Positions 13,079-28,057 of a stretch of 64,000 nucleotides of DNA are shown piece by piece. The translations under genes were made by a program, and so were the position numbers. Source of the stretch: Octopus vulgaris (Eukaryota); NCBI GenBank assembly GCA_951406725.2, contig OX597835.1:25606001-25670000 (forward strand), in the 5' to 3' direction. The stretch's first letter is position 1; each line of letters opens with the position of its first letter. A model generated the notes under the pieces. That model did not search any database. It was not told where the DNA came from and saw nothing but the letters and a program-made list of their open reading frames with translations.

Positions 13079-13109
<31 letters not shown>

Positions 13110-13113
13110 CATA

Positions 13114-13267
<154 letters not shown>

Positions 13268-14679
13268 TGTATAGTTTAGAAGATTGTTTTGTAACCACAT
13301 TGTTTCGGGTTCAGTCCCGCTGTGCAGCACCTTGGGAAAGTGTTTTCTACAGTAACCCTGGGCCAACCAATGCCTTGTGAGTGAATTTGGTTGTCGAAAA
13401 CGGCGTGGAAGCCTGGCATACATATACAAAATGCATTCCAGAGGTTTTGAGACTTTTTATTATGAGAGGGAATCATAATTGTCCCAGATTGTTTCGTATA
13501 TCGTAATAAGCTGACCGGCCATCTTTGGTATTCGATATTGAAAGAGACGGATGTAAGAACACTTTGAGCACATCATACTAAACACTGCTTGTCACAGCCG
13601 ACGAGTTTTCAGAATGCTTTTGGGATGTTTGGAAGTTCCCTATGCAATAACAACAATAGTAACAACAATACCAACAGTATCAACATTAACAGCATCAACA
13701 ACAAGAGCAACATCAGCAGCGAATGCACCACAAGGCTCCGGCAGGGGGTGGTTGCGACCCCTTTCTTCCTGTTTCTTGTCCCCGACTTCCTACGCAACCG
13801 CTGAGCCAGGATGCGCATTCATCCATCCGTCGATGCTCTCGGTGTCAGGGGATTGACCTGCTTTCTCTTCTGCGGGTCTTACGAATAGCAAAGAATCAAG
13901 TATCGGACTTCTCCCACTACAGGACGAAGACCGCTTCGCTCAACAAACAAACAAACAAACAAGCAGCAGCAGCGACAGTAGTAAGAACAAACAATAATAA
14001 AAACGACGAAAACAATAAAAAAACATCAACAACAGCAACAACAAAAAAAGAACAGCAACCACCATACCACCCCCACAAGATGAATAAAAAAGTACAACAG
14101 CAACAACAAAATCACACACCACCACCTCAGAAACAAGAACCCGTCTTTACTTTATGCTAAAAATTCGACCTCAAATTCGGACGTGGAATAATCTATTTTA
14201 CAAAATTCAGGTTTTTGAGAAGAAAACCACGAACATTAATCTAGTATTGCGTGCCGAGATAAAAATTATCTTGTCTCACCCAATTTCACCTTCCATACTT
14301 GAATATAACAACTATCTCCCTTGTCATTAGGTTTTCTTACATTAATTCTTGTTGCTGTCATCTATACTGTATCTCTCTTAACAGGCCAATCTTGAAAGTG
14401 GTCACACCGTGGCCGTCTCCAAATTCTTTTTTCTACCGTATCTAGGACAGCATTATGTAAAGTGTTAGTTCACTTTATGTAAGGCGCACTAGGCTGACAT
14501 TTGAGGGTGGTGGTGGTTGTGGTGATGGTGGTGGTGGATTTGGCTGTTATTTCTAGGTGACCAAGTAGAGACTCCTTGATGGCTCATATATCCAATACAT
14601 ATGTGCATACAAACACGTATATACATATATACATACTTACATACATATTACATAAATGCACATACACACACACACATTT

Positions 14680-14713
<34 letters not shown>

Positions 14714-15134
14714 TGATGAGTGGTCTAAATTTTAAAGCTGATGTGATACTTACATTGTTTAATTAAATGAAGTAGCATGAAACGATTGTTCTACACTACC
14801 TTTGGATATCCTTGTGGCTTATTTTGATTATATATATATATAAATCGGCAACCTCACCAAGCTAGCTTAGTTGAAGAGGGTGATTTTTGGACACAATGAG
14901 GGATGGTAAGCAAGATCCGTTAAAAGGCGAATGAATTAGGGTGAGTCAGCAGCCACCTGGCATAATCATGGGTACATGATGCTAACCGGTCGTGGTGATG
15001 ATAATCCATCGAGAAGAAGGGACTCTCAGAAATAAAAGCTTTGCAGCGAGGACTTGCATCCATCTGATATTAATTTGCACAGAAATATAATATGTCATGA
15101 AGTTGCTACAGTTTCGGTTACGGACGATTGATGA

Positions 15135-15521
15135 TAATCGTTTCTACAGGAAGCACAAGGTCTCAAATTTGGAAGAAGAGTTACATTGATCCCAGTGCAT
15201 AACTGGTACTTATTTCGGCCCCGAAAGGATAAAAGGCAAAGTCGACCTCGGCGGAATTTGAACTCTGAACGTAACGGCAGACGAAATACCTATTTCTTTA
15301 CTACCCACAAGGGGCTAAACACAGAGAGGACAAACAAGGACAGACAAACGGATCAAGTCGATTATATCGACCCCAGTGTGTAACTGGTACTTAATTTATC
15401 GACCTCGAAAGGATGAAAGGCAAAGTCGACCTCGGCGGAATTTGAACTCAGAACGTAACGGCAGACGAAATACTGCTAAGCAGTTTGCCCGGCGCGCTAA
15501 CGTTTCTGCCAGCTCGCCGCC
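15135..15521 (-). mobile_element. Composite SINE B (young copy joined into older-tail copy)
   Basis: Two bodies with the junction at 15290; TTACGGACGA direct repeats at 15118 and 15522. Confidence 0.8.
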
Positions 15522-15640
15522 TTACGGACGACTGATAATACTAATAGCCTGGAGAGCGAGGTTTATTTAAGAGTCCCCGAGACTTTGCATGGAATGGGAT
15601 CGAATTGTTGTTAAATAAATAAATAAATAAATAATATTTA

Positions 15641-16864
15641 CAGGGTGCGGTGAATAAATTGTCGTCTAAATTACGTAAAAATGAAAGCAGCACTAACATC
15701 TCATTTTAACAGATATATTTACCGAAATTACATGAAACGTATCTTTGAAATATTAAATCGCCACTGGCTTGAACGACGGCCTCAAGACGACTTCGGAATC
15801 TCTTGCAACTCTTCTGGACGGTCTCCTTGTTTAAGTTGGTGAATGCTGCCATAATCTTTGCCTTTAGTTCATCTTTGGTGTTACAAGGAGTTTTTTAGTC
15901 TCACGCCCCACACAAGATAATCAAGGAGGTTGCAGTCTGTGGAGTTAGGTGGTCAGATGTTAGGGGTAATGTAATGGCAGAAATTGTCTGATAGCCATGA
16001 CTGGGTTCTCCTGCTTGAGTGGCATGGTGCAGAGTCCTGTTGCGAGACATAGTGTTCCTGCAGCCACCCTCTTGACCCAGGGCAGCTCTACCTCCTCCAG
16101 GCACTTGATGTAGGCCTCTGTGTTGAGTGTGAGGCCATGTGGGAAGATGAATGGAGGAATAACTTCACCATTACTCGTGATCACTCCAAACACCATGATG
16201 TTGACTGGATGTTTGATTTTTATCATTCTCGGTACATGTTTTGGGGACACGGCAAGCCGATGGTTGTTCTGTGTGTTCACCGTCTGATCCTGGCAGAAAC
16301 TTTTCTTGTTTGAGAAAAACCAAAGCATGTTCAGTTGGAGGGGATGCTTGAGTTTGTCCAAAAGCTTTGTAGCATGATCATTCCTTTTGTCCTTGATGAC
16401 TTGGGGTAAAAATTGGCCCTTTCTCATCTTGTATGAGGAATACCAAATGTCTTCATGCACTGCCTGTCTGATAAGAACCTCAGACACTCTCATGTCCCTT
16501 GCGATGGACCTGATTGACTTGGAGGGATGGTTGTCAATCATGGCCTGGATCTCACCAACAAATTAACTTATTTTCTTATCAGAACGATCAGAGTGAGTTT
16601 TCCGAGCTGCCGTACCTTCGTAATCACCATTAAACTCATCGAACTCTTTCCGAATCTTCTGCACTGTCCTCAGATTGACACGCAAACACATTGAAATGTT
16701 CGTATTGGAGGTTCCGGCGCGAATGCCAAGCAGTACAGCATGTCGTTTCCATATTTCTGGCAGAGTGAATTGCGTCATGGTGCCCAACTGACCCTACTAT
16801 ACTGTGCAGTCGACAAAATCAAAACCAAACATTGCACATGGCGACAATTTACCCATTGCACCCC

Positions 16865-16867
<3 letters not shown>
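15641..16867 (-). mobile_element. maT/DD37D-like Tc1-mariner element with degenerate transposase
   Basis: Imperfect TIRs (CAGGGTGC..TAAATTGTCG) with TA flanks; ORF pieces 16563-16787 and 15960-16541 (PSKSIRSIARDM, WFFS..., NTQN, KHP..IMVFGVI). Confidence 0.85.
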
Positions 16868-16959
<92 letters not shown>

Positions 16960-17185
16960 ATATATATATATATACACATACATAAATACACACACACACA
17001 CACGAAGAGCTGTTTCACTTTCATCTTCCTCTCTCTCTCTCTCTCTTCCTTTCAGTTGCTCTCCTTCATCACTCTCTCTTACTATTAGATATAATTCTTC
17101 CTAATTCTCCATTTGGCTATCTTATCTAAAAGATTTACTCGATTATTTATGCTACCGCTCGATTTTGTTGTGTGTGTCTGTGTGT

Positions 17186-17234
<49 letters not shown>

Positions 17235-17458
17235 TATGCATGTCTATATATATATAAGTTTATATATTTATGTATATATATGTATGTTTGTACATAGACT
17301 CACACACACGCGCACACACACAAATTCCCCCTCCCCCTCCACCAATATATAAATGAAAGTTTCCCTTCCAAACTTTTCACTTTCTCGATTTATGCTTGTG
17401 TGATTCGTTGTGTCGCTGCTTGTTGAGTTTGTGATATTTAATTGTTTGTGGAAAGAGA

Positions 17459-17496
<38 letters not shown>

Positions 17497-18054
17497 GAAA
17501 AAGAGATAGAGAAAGAGAGAAAGGAACAAAAGGAGAGAGAGAGCGAGAGAGGGAGAGATAGAGAGAGAGAAGTGAGAAGTACATAGAAGTCTTTTTATAT
17601 TATAACGAACGAGATTATTTGAAACCGGCTTTGCAAATTTCCTCAAACTTGATCCAACTAACCAGCAACTTCGGTCCGGGTCTCGTGAGCATTTTCACCG
17701 GCCGCAAAGAAAAAAAAAAAAAAAAAAGAGCCAACAACAACAACAACAACAAAAGCAACCCAAACTTCCAAAGAAACAAAAAAAAGAAAAAAAACCAATT
17801 AAACAAAAACAAAACAAAATTTAAAACAAATGTATTCTTCATAATACATAAATAATAATACATACACACATACATACATACTTATACATAAATACAAATA
17901 CATATACACACATATACACATACACATACATACACGCACATATATACACATATAAATACAAACGCGCACATGTACATATACACACGCACATATATATTTA
18001 CGCGCGTATATATCTATACGTAGACGTACGTATACAACAATAACCACCACCACC

Positions 18055-18131
<77 letters not shown>

Positions 18132-18138
18132 ATAAACG

Positions 18139-18792
18139 ATGGATCGTAAATACGAGCCGGTGGAAGTGGAAACTTCGGCAGGAATCGAAACTGCATTCGC
18201 TGATTCGGAACAGTCGCGGCTTGGAGTTGACAAGCAAGAAACCACGGCAGCATCATCACCATCATCACCCACAACATTAGCAACACAACCGCCGACGCCC
18301 CCACTGCCACCGCAACCTCCATATTCGCAACACGAACGACTGCTCGAAGCGCCGGTATCATCATCATCATCACCAGCACCGTCATCGCCATCATCGACAG
18401 CAAGGAATGGGTCAACCAACAACAACAACAACAACAACGTCGCCTCATCCGATGGTGGTGGTGGTGGTAGTGGTGATGAGATCGATGCAGGAAGAGAAAC
18501 AAGAGCCGAAGAAGTAGAAGAAGGAGGAGAGGTTGAGGAAAGTGCAGGGGAGGAGAAGCTAGCGCACGAAACGGCGAAACTCATCAATCTTAAGGACAAT
18601 CTTAACACAGACATCAATCATTTCGCACATAAAGATGCCGGCGATGGTGGTGGCGACGACGGCTGGGACCCGGAATCGAAACTTGTCGGAGATAAGGAAG
18701 TTGAGATCGTTATCGAACAGCAATCGAATGATTTAATTTACAAAGTATCCGACTGCCCACCTTGGTATCTCACTCTGTTTTACGCCTTTCAG
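18139..18792 (+). CDS. SLC23/NAT family transporter, coding exon 1 (long low-complexity N-terminus and start of TM1)
   Basis: ORF from ATG ends DLIYKVSDCPPWYLTLFYAFQ, the SLC23 'Y.v.d.PPW' motif. CAG|GTACGT donor, phase 0. Start codon inferred. Confidence 0.88.
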
Positions 18793-18953
18793 GTACGTAC
18801 CTTTGCGTTAATTAACTTTTGCTCTTGTTTCTTCATCCGATCGATGTAAAGCCCTTCACCTTTTCTCTGTGTTGTGTTTCGTCTTCGGATTTAGACTCCC
18901 TATGCCTCGGGCCCTTGTGGGCAATAATCGTTATAACATTTATCATGGAATTA

Positions 18954-19392
18954 CTATTCTTTTCTACTCTAGACACCAAGCCCGAAATTTGTGGGAAGGA
19001 GGGGGGGCAGTCGATTATATCGACCCCAGTACACAACAGGTACTTAATTTATCGACCCCAAAAGGATGAAAGGCAAAGTCGACCTCGGTGAAATTTGAAC
19101 TAAGAACGTAAAGACAGACGAAATACTGCTAAGCATTTCGCCCGGCGTGCTAACGTTTCTTATTTCTTAACTGCCCACAAGGGGCTACACACAGAGGGGA
19201 TAAACAAGGACAGACAAAAGGATTAAGTCGATTATATTGTTCCCAGTGCGTAACTGGTACTTATTTAATCGACTTCGAAAGGATGAAAGGCAAAGTCGAC
19301 CTCGGTGAAATTTGAACTCAGAACGTAAAAACAGGCGAAATACTGCTAAGCATTTCGCCCGGCGTGCTAACGGTTCTGCCAGCTCGCCACCC
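18954..19392 (-). mobile_element. Composite SINE B dimer
   Basis: Two bodies with different tails; 13-bp TSD TATCATGGAATTA at 18941 and 19393. Confidence 0.8.
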
Positions 19393-19577
19393 TATCATGG
19401 AATTATTATTATTACTGCTCTAAGTGGGGTCCTATGAGTCGGAGAAAAGGGCACTTGCCGTTGGTGTTCAGAGAGATCTCGAACGGTGGGGCTCCTCGAT
19501 TGCCCCTAGATGTTCTCCTGTATCAGGAGGACCACATCACTAGCATCTTTTCTTTTTAACTGTTGTATACTGTTCTT

Positions 19578-20151
19578 ATATTCTTTTACTTGTTTCAGTC
19601 ATTTGACTGTGGCCATGCTGGAGCACCGCCTCTGGTCGAACAAATCGACCCCAGGATTTATTCTTTGTAAGCCTAGTACTTATCCTCTTTTGTAGTACTT
19701 ATATTCTTTTGCTAAACCGCTAAGTTACGGGGACGTAAACACACCAACATTGGTTGTCAAGCGATGGTGGGGACATAAACACAGTCACACAAATACATAC
19801 ATACATACATGCATACATGCATGCATACATACATACATACATACATACATACATACATGCATACATACATACATACATACATACATACATGCATGCATGC
19901 ATACATACATACATACATACATACATGCATGCATACATACATACATACATACATACATACATACATACATACATGCATATATGTACACGACGGGCTTCCT
20001 TCAGTTTCCATCCACCAAATCCACTCACAAAGCTTTGTTCGTTCCGAGGCTATAGTAGAAGACACTTGCCCAAGGTTACACGCAGTGGGACTGAACCCGG
20101 AACTGCGTCATTAGGAAGCAAGCTACTTACCACACAGCCACTCCTGCGCCT
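19578..20151 (-). mobile_element. SINE family A with expanded internal (CATA)n
   Basis: Both SINE halves flank a roughly 200-bp tetranucleotide array. Confidence 0.85.
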
Positions 20152-20824
20152 ATTTTTGCTATTTTATTATTTTTTAATTATTATCGAATCTTTACCTTCA
20201 TTACTCTCATTATAATTAACTTTATGATTACGTTTCCAATTAACTTTATTTTAAACTTTATTGTCACCTTTCTAATCAACTTTATTTCCACCTGCATTAT
20301 TAAAGAGATTTCCAAAGAGTTTGCTTGTCCCATGGACAGGAATGACGTTACACCTAAACTATCATATTTGTTGACCAACTCGATCATAAGGAAGTCCTCC
20401 AAGTGGTCACTCGACACGTTAGAAGGTCAAACCACCGTAAAATAATTCTACAGTGACCTTTTTACGACCTTCGTCGTAGCTACCCATAAAGACATTGAAA
20501 GGAGGATTAACCTCCTTTTTGACTGGGTAGAAATCCTCATGCTATCAGAGTAATGACGTGGCGTTCATTATTATCCTACTGCTATGATAATAGCGGTGAG
20601 CTGTCAGAAACGTTGGCACGCCGGTCGAAATGCTTAGTGGCATTTCGTACTTCATTATGTTCTGAGTTCTAATTCCGTCGAGGTCGACTTTGCCTTTCAT
20701 CCTTTCAGGGGCGATAAATTAAGTATCAATGAAACATTGGGGTCGATGTAATCGACTTAATCCGTTTGTCTGTCCTTGCTTGTCCCCTCTGAGTTTAGCC
20801 CCTTGTGGGTAGTAAAGAAATATA

Positions 20825-20903
<79 letters not shown>

Positions 20904-21947
20904 TAAAAACGGTAAGATAACGAAAGAAAGAAAGAGACCTCAATATTATGTAAATAGAGGAAATTTATCTGTAAATTAATATGTTACCATTATTCAATAG
21001 CCAAGATAAAACTCTGAGTTTCGGATGCCGAGGTGGAAGTATCAATGAAACATTGGGGTCGATGTAATCGACTAATCCCACCCCATCAGTTTTCAGGCCT
21101 TGTGCCTATAATGAACAGGATTACTATCCTGCTAAAACTGCTAAAAATGGTAAAATTTGCCTCTGTTTCCAGGCCTTTCAGGAGAAGGGGTGCATAAAAA
21201 TACACCGCGTTCAACTGGCATTTTATTTATTGACCCTAATAAGGTGAAAGGCAAAGTTGACCTCGGCGGGATTTGAGCTCAGAGAACACAGTTGCGACGA
21301 ATATCGCAAGGCATTATTTTCGTTGCTCTAACAACTCTTTCCATGCGCCTAGTACAGAGTTGTTTTCTAAGCTCCCCATAATTTCCAATGCATCCATTAT
21401 GACTAATATATCATCATCATCAACATCATTATGAAGAAAATATGTTTATACCTTGGTGTCATTTTGCATTATATTGTGGCCATGTGGAAAGCCCCAAAGA
21501 CATTTCAACTCTATCCTTTTTGCTTGTAGAAACGGGATGATGTGCGCTAGGCATTAGCTTTATAGTTTACATTAAAAAATAGGTTAATCAGTAATTATTT
21601 TCATGGCGGCACTTACTGATGAACTCAGACTTACCATTTAAAATGTCTTCTCTTTAGCATTGCAAAAGCCACAGTATTTTGAGCTAGCGGTGTATCTGCT
21701 TCGTTTCGCCCATGCGGTATTACTAGAACAACAAACTAGTTTATGATATTTTCTTTCAAATACCATTTATGACTTGATAATTCTGTTGTATTTCTTTTGT
21801 CAATCTATATATAGGTGGACTTCTTTAAGTACCAACTCTCTCTCGCCCTTTCTCTCTCACACACACGTACACACATATATATATACACATATCTCCTGTA
21901 TGTATGCATAAAATTGTTTGGACAGATAGATATATCTACATTCACTG

Positions 21948-22024
<77 letters not shown>

Positions 22025-22096
22025 CACACATATAAGCATGTATGTATCCATATATAAATGTACATACATGTACATACATGTACATACATGTGCATG

Positions 22097-22128
<32 letters not shown>

Positions 22129-22519
22129 TGTATGTATGTATGCATGTAGGTATGTATGTATGTATGTAGGTATGTATGTATGTATATATAGATAGATATA
22201 TATATATGTGTGTGTGTATACACTTATGTATATGAATATATGTATATGTACACGAACATGCACACACATACATATGTAACTACTTACATACACACCCACT
22301 TCTATATATCTACGTATAGACGCACATACACACGCATATAAACACACACACACATAAACACACACACACACACACACACACACACGATTCGTTCTTGTAA
22401 TAAAAAGCTAGTCGAGCCTTGTGTCACGCTGAGCCTTTTTACCCTTGCGTCCATTAGAGGAAAATCATTCGAGGTTATGAATATGCAGCGTCAGCGGTGA
22501 TCTGATATCTGGTGCCCTC

Positions 22520-22761
22520 ATTGTGTGTGTGTGTGTGTACCTGTATGTATGTATGTATGTATGTATGTATGTATGTATGTATGTATGTATGTATGTATGT
22601 ATGTGTGTATGTATGTGTATGCGTATGCATGTGTGTGTGTATGTATGTATGTTGTGTGTATGTGTGTATGTATGTGTGTGCGTATGTATGTTTGTGCGTA
22701 TGTATGTATGTATGTATGTATGTATGTTGTGTGTATGTATGATTATATGTATGATTGTATG

Positions 22762-22794
<33 letters not shown>

Positions 22795-23011
22795 GTGTGC
22801 GTATGCATGTGTGTGTGTATGTATGTATGTATGTATGTATGTGCGTATGTGTGTGTGTATGTATGTATGTATGTATGTATGTTGTGTGTATGTATGTGTG
22901 TATGTATGTGTGTGCGTATGTATGTGTGTGTGTATGTATGTATGTATGTATGTATGTATGTATGTATGTATGTTGTGTGTATGTATATGTATGTATGTGT
23001 GTGCGTACGCA

Positions 23012-23042
<31 letters not shown>

Positions 23043-23480
23043 ATGTATGTGTGTGCGTATGTATGTGTGTGTGTATTTATGTATGTATGTATGTATGTAT
23101 ATGTGTGTGTGTGTATGTATGTATGTATGTATGCATGTATGTGTGTGTATGTGTGTGTATGTGTGTGTCTGTGTGTGTATGTGTGTGTATGTGTGTGTCT
23201 GTGTGACTGTGCATGTGTGTGTAGGTGTCAATGTATGTATATATATATATGTATGTGTGTATGTATATATGTATGTGTGTGTATATGTGTGTATGTGTGT
23301 GCGTTTGTGTCTAAGTGTTTGTGTGTTAGTTTATATGTATGTCTGTGTACGCATATGCTTCTTGTTTCCGTTGGTGTTTGTGTATATATGTGCGCGTATT
23401 TGTGTATGGTGCGTGTGTGTGTGTGTATGTGCGTGTATTTGTGTGTGGTGTGTGTGTATGTGTGTTTGTGTGTGTGTGCT
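22520..23480. repeat. Compound (TATG)n/(TG)n microsatellite field; similar fields at 25810-26390, 36590-37060 and 45258-46230
   Basis: Direct reading; source of the spurious MYVC ORFs. Confidence 0.95.
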
Positions 23481-23609
23481 TGTTTATGTTTACGAACATG
23501 TCCTTATAACGTTCCCCTCATGGGATGCCCGGGTGTCACCCTTCGTCACCACTGTCACTACCAACATCACCAAGACTGTCACCACGACCATTACTAACAC
23601 CATCACGAC

Positions 23610-23649
<40 letters not shown>

Positions 23650-23695
23650 GTCATCGTCACCGTCGTCGTCGTCGTTCACGTCGTCGTCGTCGTCG

Positions 23696-23728
<33 letters not shown>

Positions 23729-23746
23729 CATCATCAACATCATCAC

Positions 23747-23808
<62 letters not shown>

Positions 23809-24310
23809 CGGCCATCATTATTGTTAGTTTTATTCCACTCGGGACCATTCCATCTTATATCTCTACATCTGGGATGATACTGTCCAATGTGACCTTCACG
23901 TCTTAAAGTCTGGAGCATTTGATTAGAAGGAATTTCTAGCAAAGGTCGGTAAGTTGCTAACCATGGCCAACGTGTTGCTAAGCAACGGTTAGCAAACTAT
24001 TGGCACCGTCCAAATATTATGATGATCGTTTTGCTTTGCCATAATTAGCAATTCTAATAAGAATCTTCATATTACTAGCAATGATTCGTAAGTTATTATC
24101 CGCACACCTCCGCATCATATTTGACCTGTATGCACCGCGGTGATAGGCCAATTACTGCGGTATTCGTCCTAAAAAGGCCGAAATGTGTCCGGTGTTTCCG
24201 CTGACCGCTGCTGGGAAGATTTTTCAAACCCATTCGTAAGCGAGGTCACCCAGGGACGAATTTTTGCCCTATTACATATGATACGATGATACAGTGGCAA
24301 ATGCCGGTTA

Positions 24311-24391
<81 letters not shown>

Positions 24392-24436
24392 ATCTATCCA
24401 TTCATCTGTCCGTCCGTCCGTCTGTCCGTCTGTCCG

Positions 24437-24533
<97 letters not shown>

Positions 24534-24635
24534 ACACATATAAACACACTCACACGGTTGCATGCATCCACTGCATACTTGCACAAACACACACACACAC
24601 ACACACACTCACACACACACACTCACACACACACT

Positions 24636-24671
<36 letters not shown>

Positions 24672-24722
24672 CACATGCGCACACACGCACACATTTCTAC
24701 TGTCTTTATCCTTGTGTTGCAG

Positions 24723-24880
24723 CAATCCCTGACTCCGGTCTCCGGCAACTTGTCCATAGCCATCCTAATTGCCGATTTCGTATGCGCTGAAGACGATGAA
24801 ATTCTAAAGACAAAACTGATATGTACAGCCATGTTTATGAGTGGAGTGAGTACCTTTCTGCAGAACACGATTGGCGTCAG
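24723..24880 (+). CDS. SLC23-family transporter exon 2
   Basis: TTGCAG|[53 protein letters not shown]|GTATGT; SGxxTxLQxxxGxR motif of TM2. Confidence 0.93.
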
Positions 24881-25982
24881 GTATGTTGAGTTTTATAAGG
24901 CCTTCTTCCACAATTAAGTCTCTTAAGACCTTCTCATGCACCTCAAACTTCCAGTCTCCTCGCCGTATCGACGCCTTCTTCTGAGCCTTACCACATGTTC
25001 AGCTTAAAAGTTCGGTACAAATAAGTTGTTTCCCCTTAAAAGAGTTACTTCCCTTCAAAGAAACTTGTGCTAGGAATTATCTCCCTTGATTGTGTAATCC
25101 TTCCAAATCGAAAGAGAAGAAACATTTTTGCATCATATAAACTCCGAGGGAGGGAATATTGGTTTCAGATTACGGCACGATGCCAGCAATTATGGGGAGG
25201 GGTTAAGTCGATTACATCGACCTCAAGTGTACAATTGGTACTTATGTCATCGACTCCGAAAGGATTAAAGTGAAAGTTGATCTCGGTGGAATTTGAACTC
25301 AGAACGTAAAGACGGGCGAAATACCTATTTCTTTACTACCCACAAGGGGCTAAACACAGAGGAGATAAACGAGGACAGACGGACGGATTAAGTCGATTAT
25401 ATCGACCCCAGTGTGTAACTGGTACTTAATTTATCGACCCCGAAAGGAGGAAAGGCAAAGTCGACCTCGGCGGAATTTGAACTCAGAACGTAGCGGCAGA
25501 TGAAATACCGCTAAGCATTTCACCCGGCGTGCTAACGTTTCTGCCAGCTCGCCGCCTTTCCTCGGGAGAATACTCTTTTCTACTCTAGGTATAAGACCTG
25601 AAATTTTGGGGGAGGGGACCAGTCAATAAAATCGACCCCAGTACGCAACTGGTACTTAATATATCTAACGATTCTGCCAGCCCGCCGCCTTCCTAAGAAG
25701 AATATCAAGAAACAAAGTAAACGCATGCGTACATACCTACATACACAGATAAATGCAATGTAATACATACATACAACACATATTCACAAATACACACATG
25801 GTTTCACACATAATCATACACATACATACATACATACATACATACATACATACATACATACGTACGTACATACATACATACATACATACATACATACATA
25901 CATACGTACGTACATACATACATACATACATACATACGTACGTACATACATACATACATACATGCATACACTCATACATACA

Positions 25983-26013
<31 letters not shown>

Positions 26014-26599
26014 GTCCATACTTACAATGCATGCATACATGGTTTCACACACATAAGCATACATACATACATATATACATACATACATGCATGCTTACAT
26101 ACATATATACACACATAATACACACACATACCTACCTAGATACATATATACATACAATACATATTTATAATACATACATACCACATACATACATACATAC
26201 ATACATACATACATACATACATACATACATACATACATACATACATACATACATACACACATACATACATATATACATAGATACATACACACATGCAGAC
26301 ATACATGCATACACGCATACATACACACACACATACATACATACATACATACATACATACATACATACATACATACATACATACATACATACACGAGGGG
26401 CTTCTTTTAGTTTCCGTCAACCAAATCTGCGCATAAGAGCACGGTCGGCCGGAGGCTAGAGTCGGAGACACCTGCTCCAGGTGACATGCAGTAGGACTGA
26501 ACCCGGAAACATGTGGTTGGGAAGCAAGCGTCTTACCACACAGCCACGCCTGCACCTATATGTAGTAAAACCGTTAACCCTTCACTAATCCCTTTTCAG

Positions 26600-26685
26600 G
26601 ATACCACTGTACCAGGGTCCAGCCAGTGCCTATATCGTACCCCTTATAGCCATGGGTTCAATGAAAGAATGGTCCTGTGATATTG
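26600..26685 (+). CDS. SLC23-family transporter exon 3
   Basis: TTTTCAG|(R)IPLYQGPASAYIVPLIAMGSMKEWSCDI|GTAAG; RLPxxQ and WxC motifs; phases 2/1 fit the neighbouring exons. Confidence 0.92.
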
Positions 26686-26923
26686 GTAAGAATTCTACTT
26701 CTTTCGTTTTCTTTTCCCTCCAAAGCACAAATATGTACGTAGTTTGCTCTTCAATGTGTTTCTTTTGCTGGTCGTGCGGCCATGCTGGAGCACCTCGATG
26801 AAGTTTCAGTTATTTTAAGTGTGCTGTTTATCTTAGCAATATCTATGTGTCGCACCGCTATGTTACTGGACAGAAACATACTCAGTTTCTTTAGATATAG
26901 ATACACACACACACAAGTATGCA

Positions 26924-27102
<179 letters not shown>

Positions 27103-27557
27103 GTATATATATTCACACACACACACACACACATACATGGATTTGATGGACGGAAACTGAAAGAAGCCCGCCGTGTATATATATGTATATATCTGTGTAC
27201 GCGTATCTTAAACTAGGGTTTAAGAAAGTCGTGGTGTCGAATTTTTTGACTGAAACTTTTTCAAGGCAGTGCCCCAGCAAGGTCACATTCAAATGAATGA
27301 AACACACACACACACGCGCGCGCGCACGCACACGAGAGAGTACTGAAAATTTCCTCGCTTTAAGTGTGTTGCTTTCATGGGCGAATTTTGAAAATATTTC
27401 TCCTTTTGTGTCAATTTTGTTATTTTTCCTGCCTATCATCTATGTCCAGTAGATGAATCAGGTTCTTTTTCGCTTTTGTAATTTGACGGCGGAAATGAAT
27501 TTTCATGGCAGCATTTTGACATTATTTCTATTTCCTTGTTTAAAGAAGCTTTTTATT

Positions 27558-28057
27558 AATTTCTTTACTACCCACAAGGGGCTAAACACAGAGGGGACAA
27601 ACAAGGACAGACAAACGGATTAAGTCGATTACATCGACCCAAGTGCGTAAGTGGTTCTTAATTTATCGACCCCGAAAGGATGAAAGGCAAAGTCGACCTC
27701 GGCGGAATTTGAACTCAGAACGTAGCGTCAGACGAAATGCCGCTCAGCATTTCGCCCGGTGTGCTAACGATTCTGCCAGCTCGCCGCCTTCATTTAACCT
27801 CAGAAATCAAAGACAGACGAAATACCTATTTCTTTACCACCCACAAGGGGCTAAACACAGAGAGGACAAACAAGGACAGAGAAACGGATTAGGTCGAATA
27901 CATCGACCCCAGTACGTAACTGGTACTTATTTAATCGACCCCGAAAGGATGAAAGGCAAAGTCGACCTCGGTGGAATTTGAACTCAGAACGTAGCGTCAG
28001 ACGAAATACCGCTCAGCATTTCGCCCGGTGTGCTAACAATTCTGCCAGCTCGCCGCC
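27558..28057 (-). mobile_element. Tandem SINE B copies
   Basis: Two complete copies; flanking repeat TTTAAAG(A/T)AGCTTTTTATTA. Confidence 0.8.

Noticed and set aside
24787-24802. CTGAAGA-CGAT-GAAA hammerhead-like core in exon 2
   Set aside because: No stems I-III can form; explained by the codons for AEDDEI.
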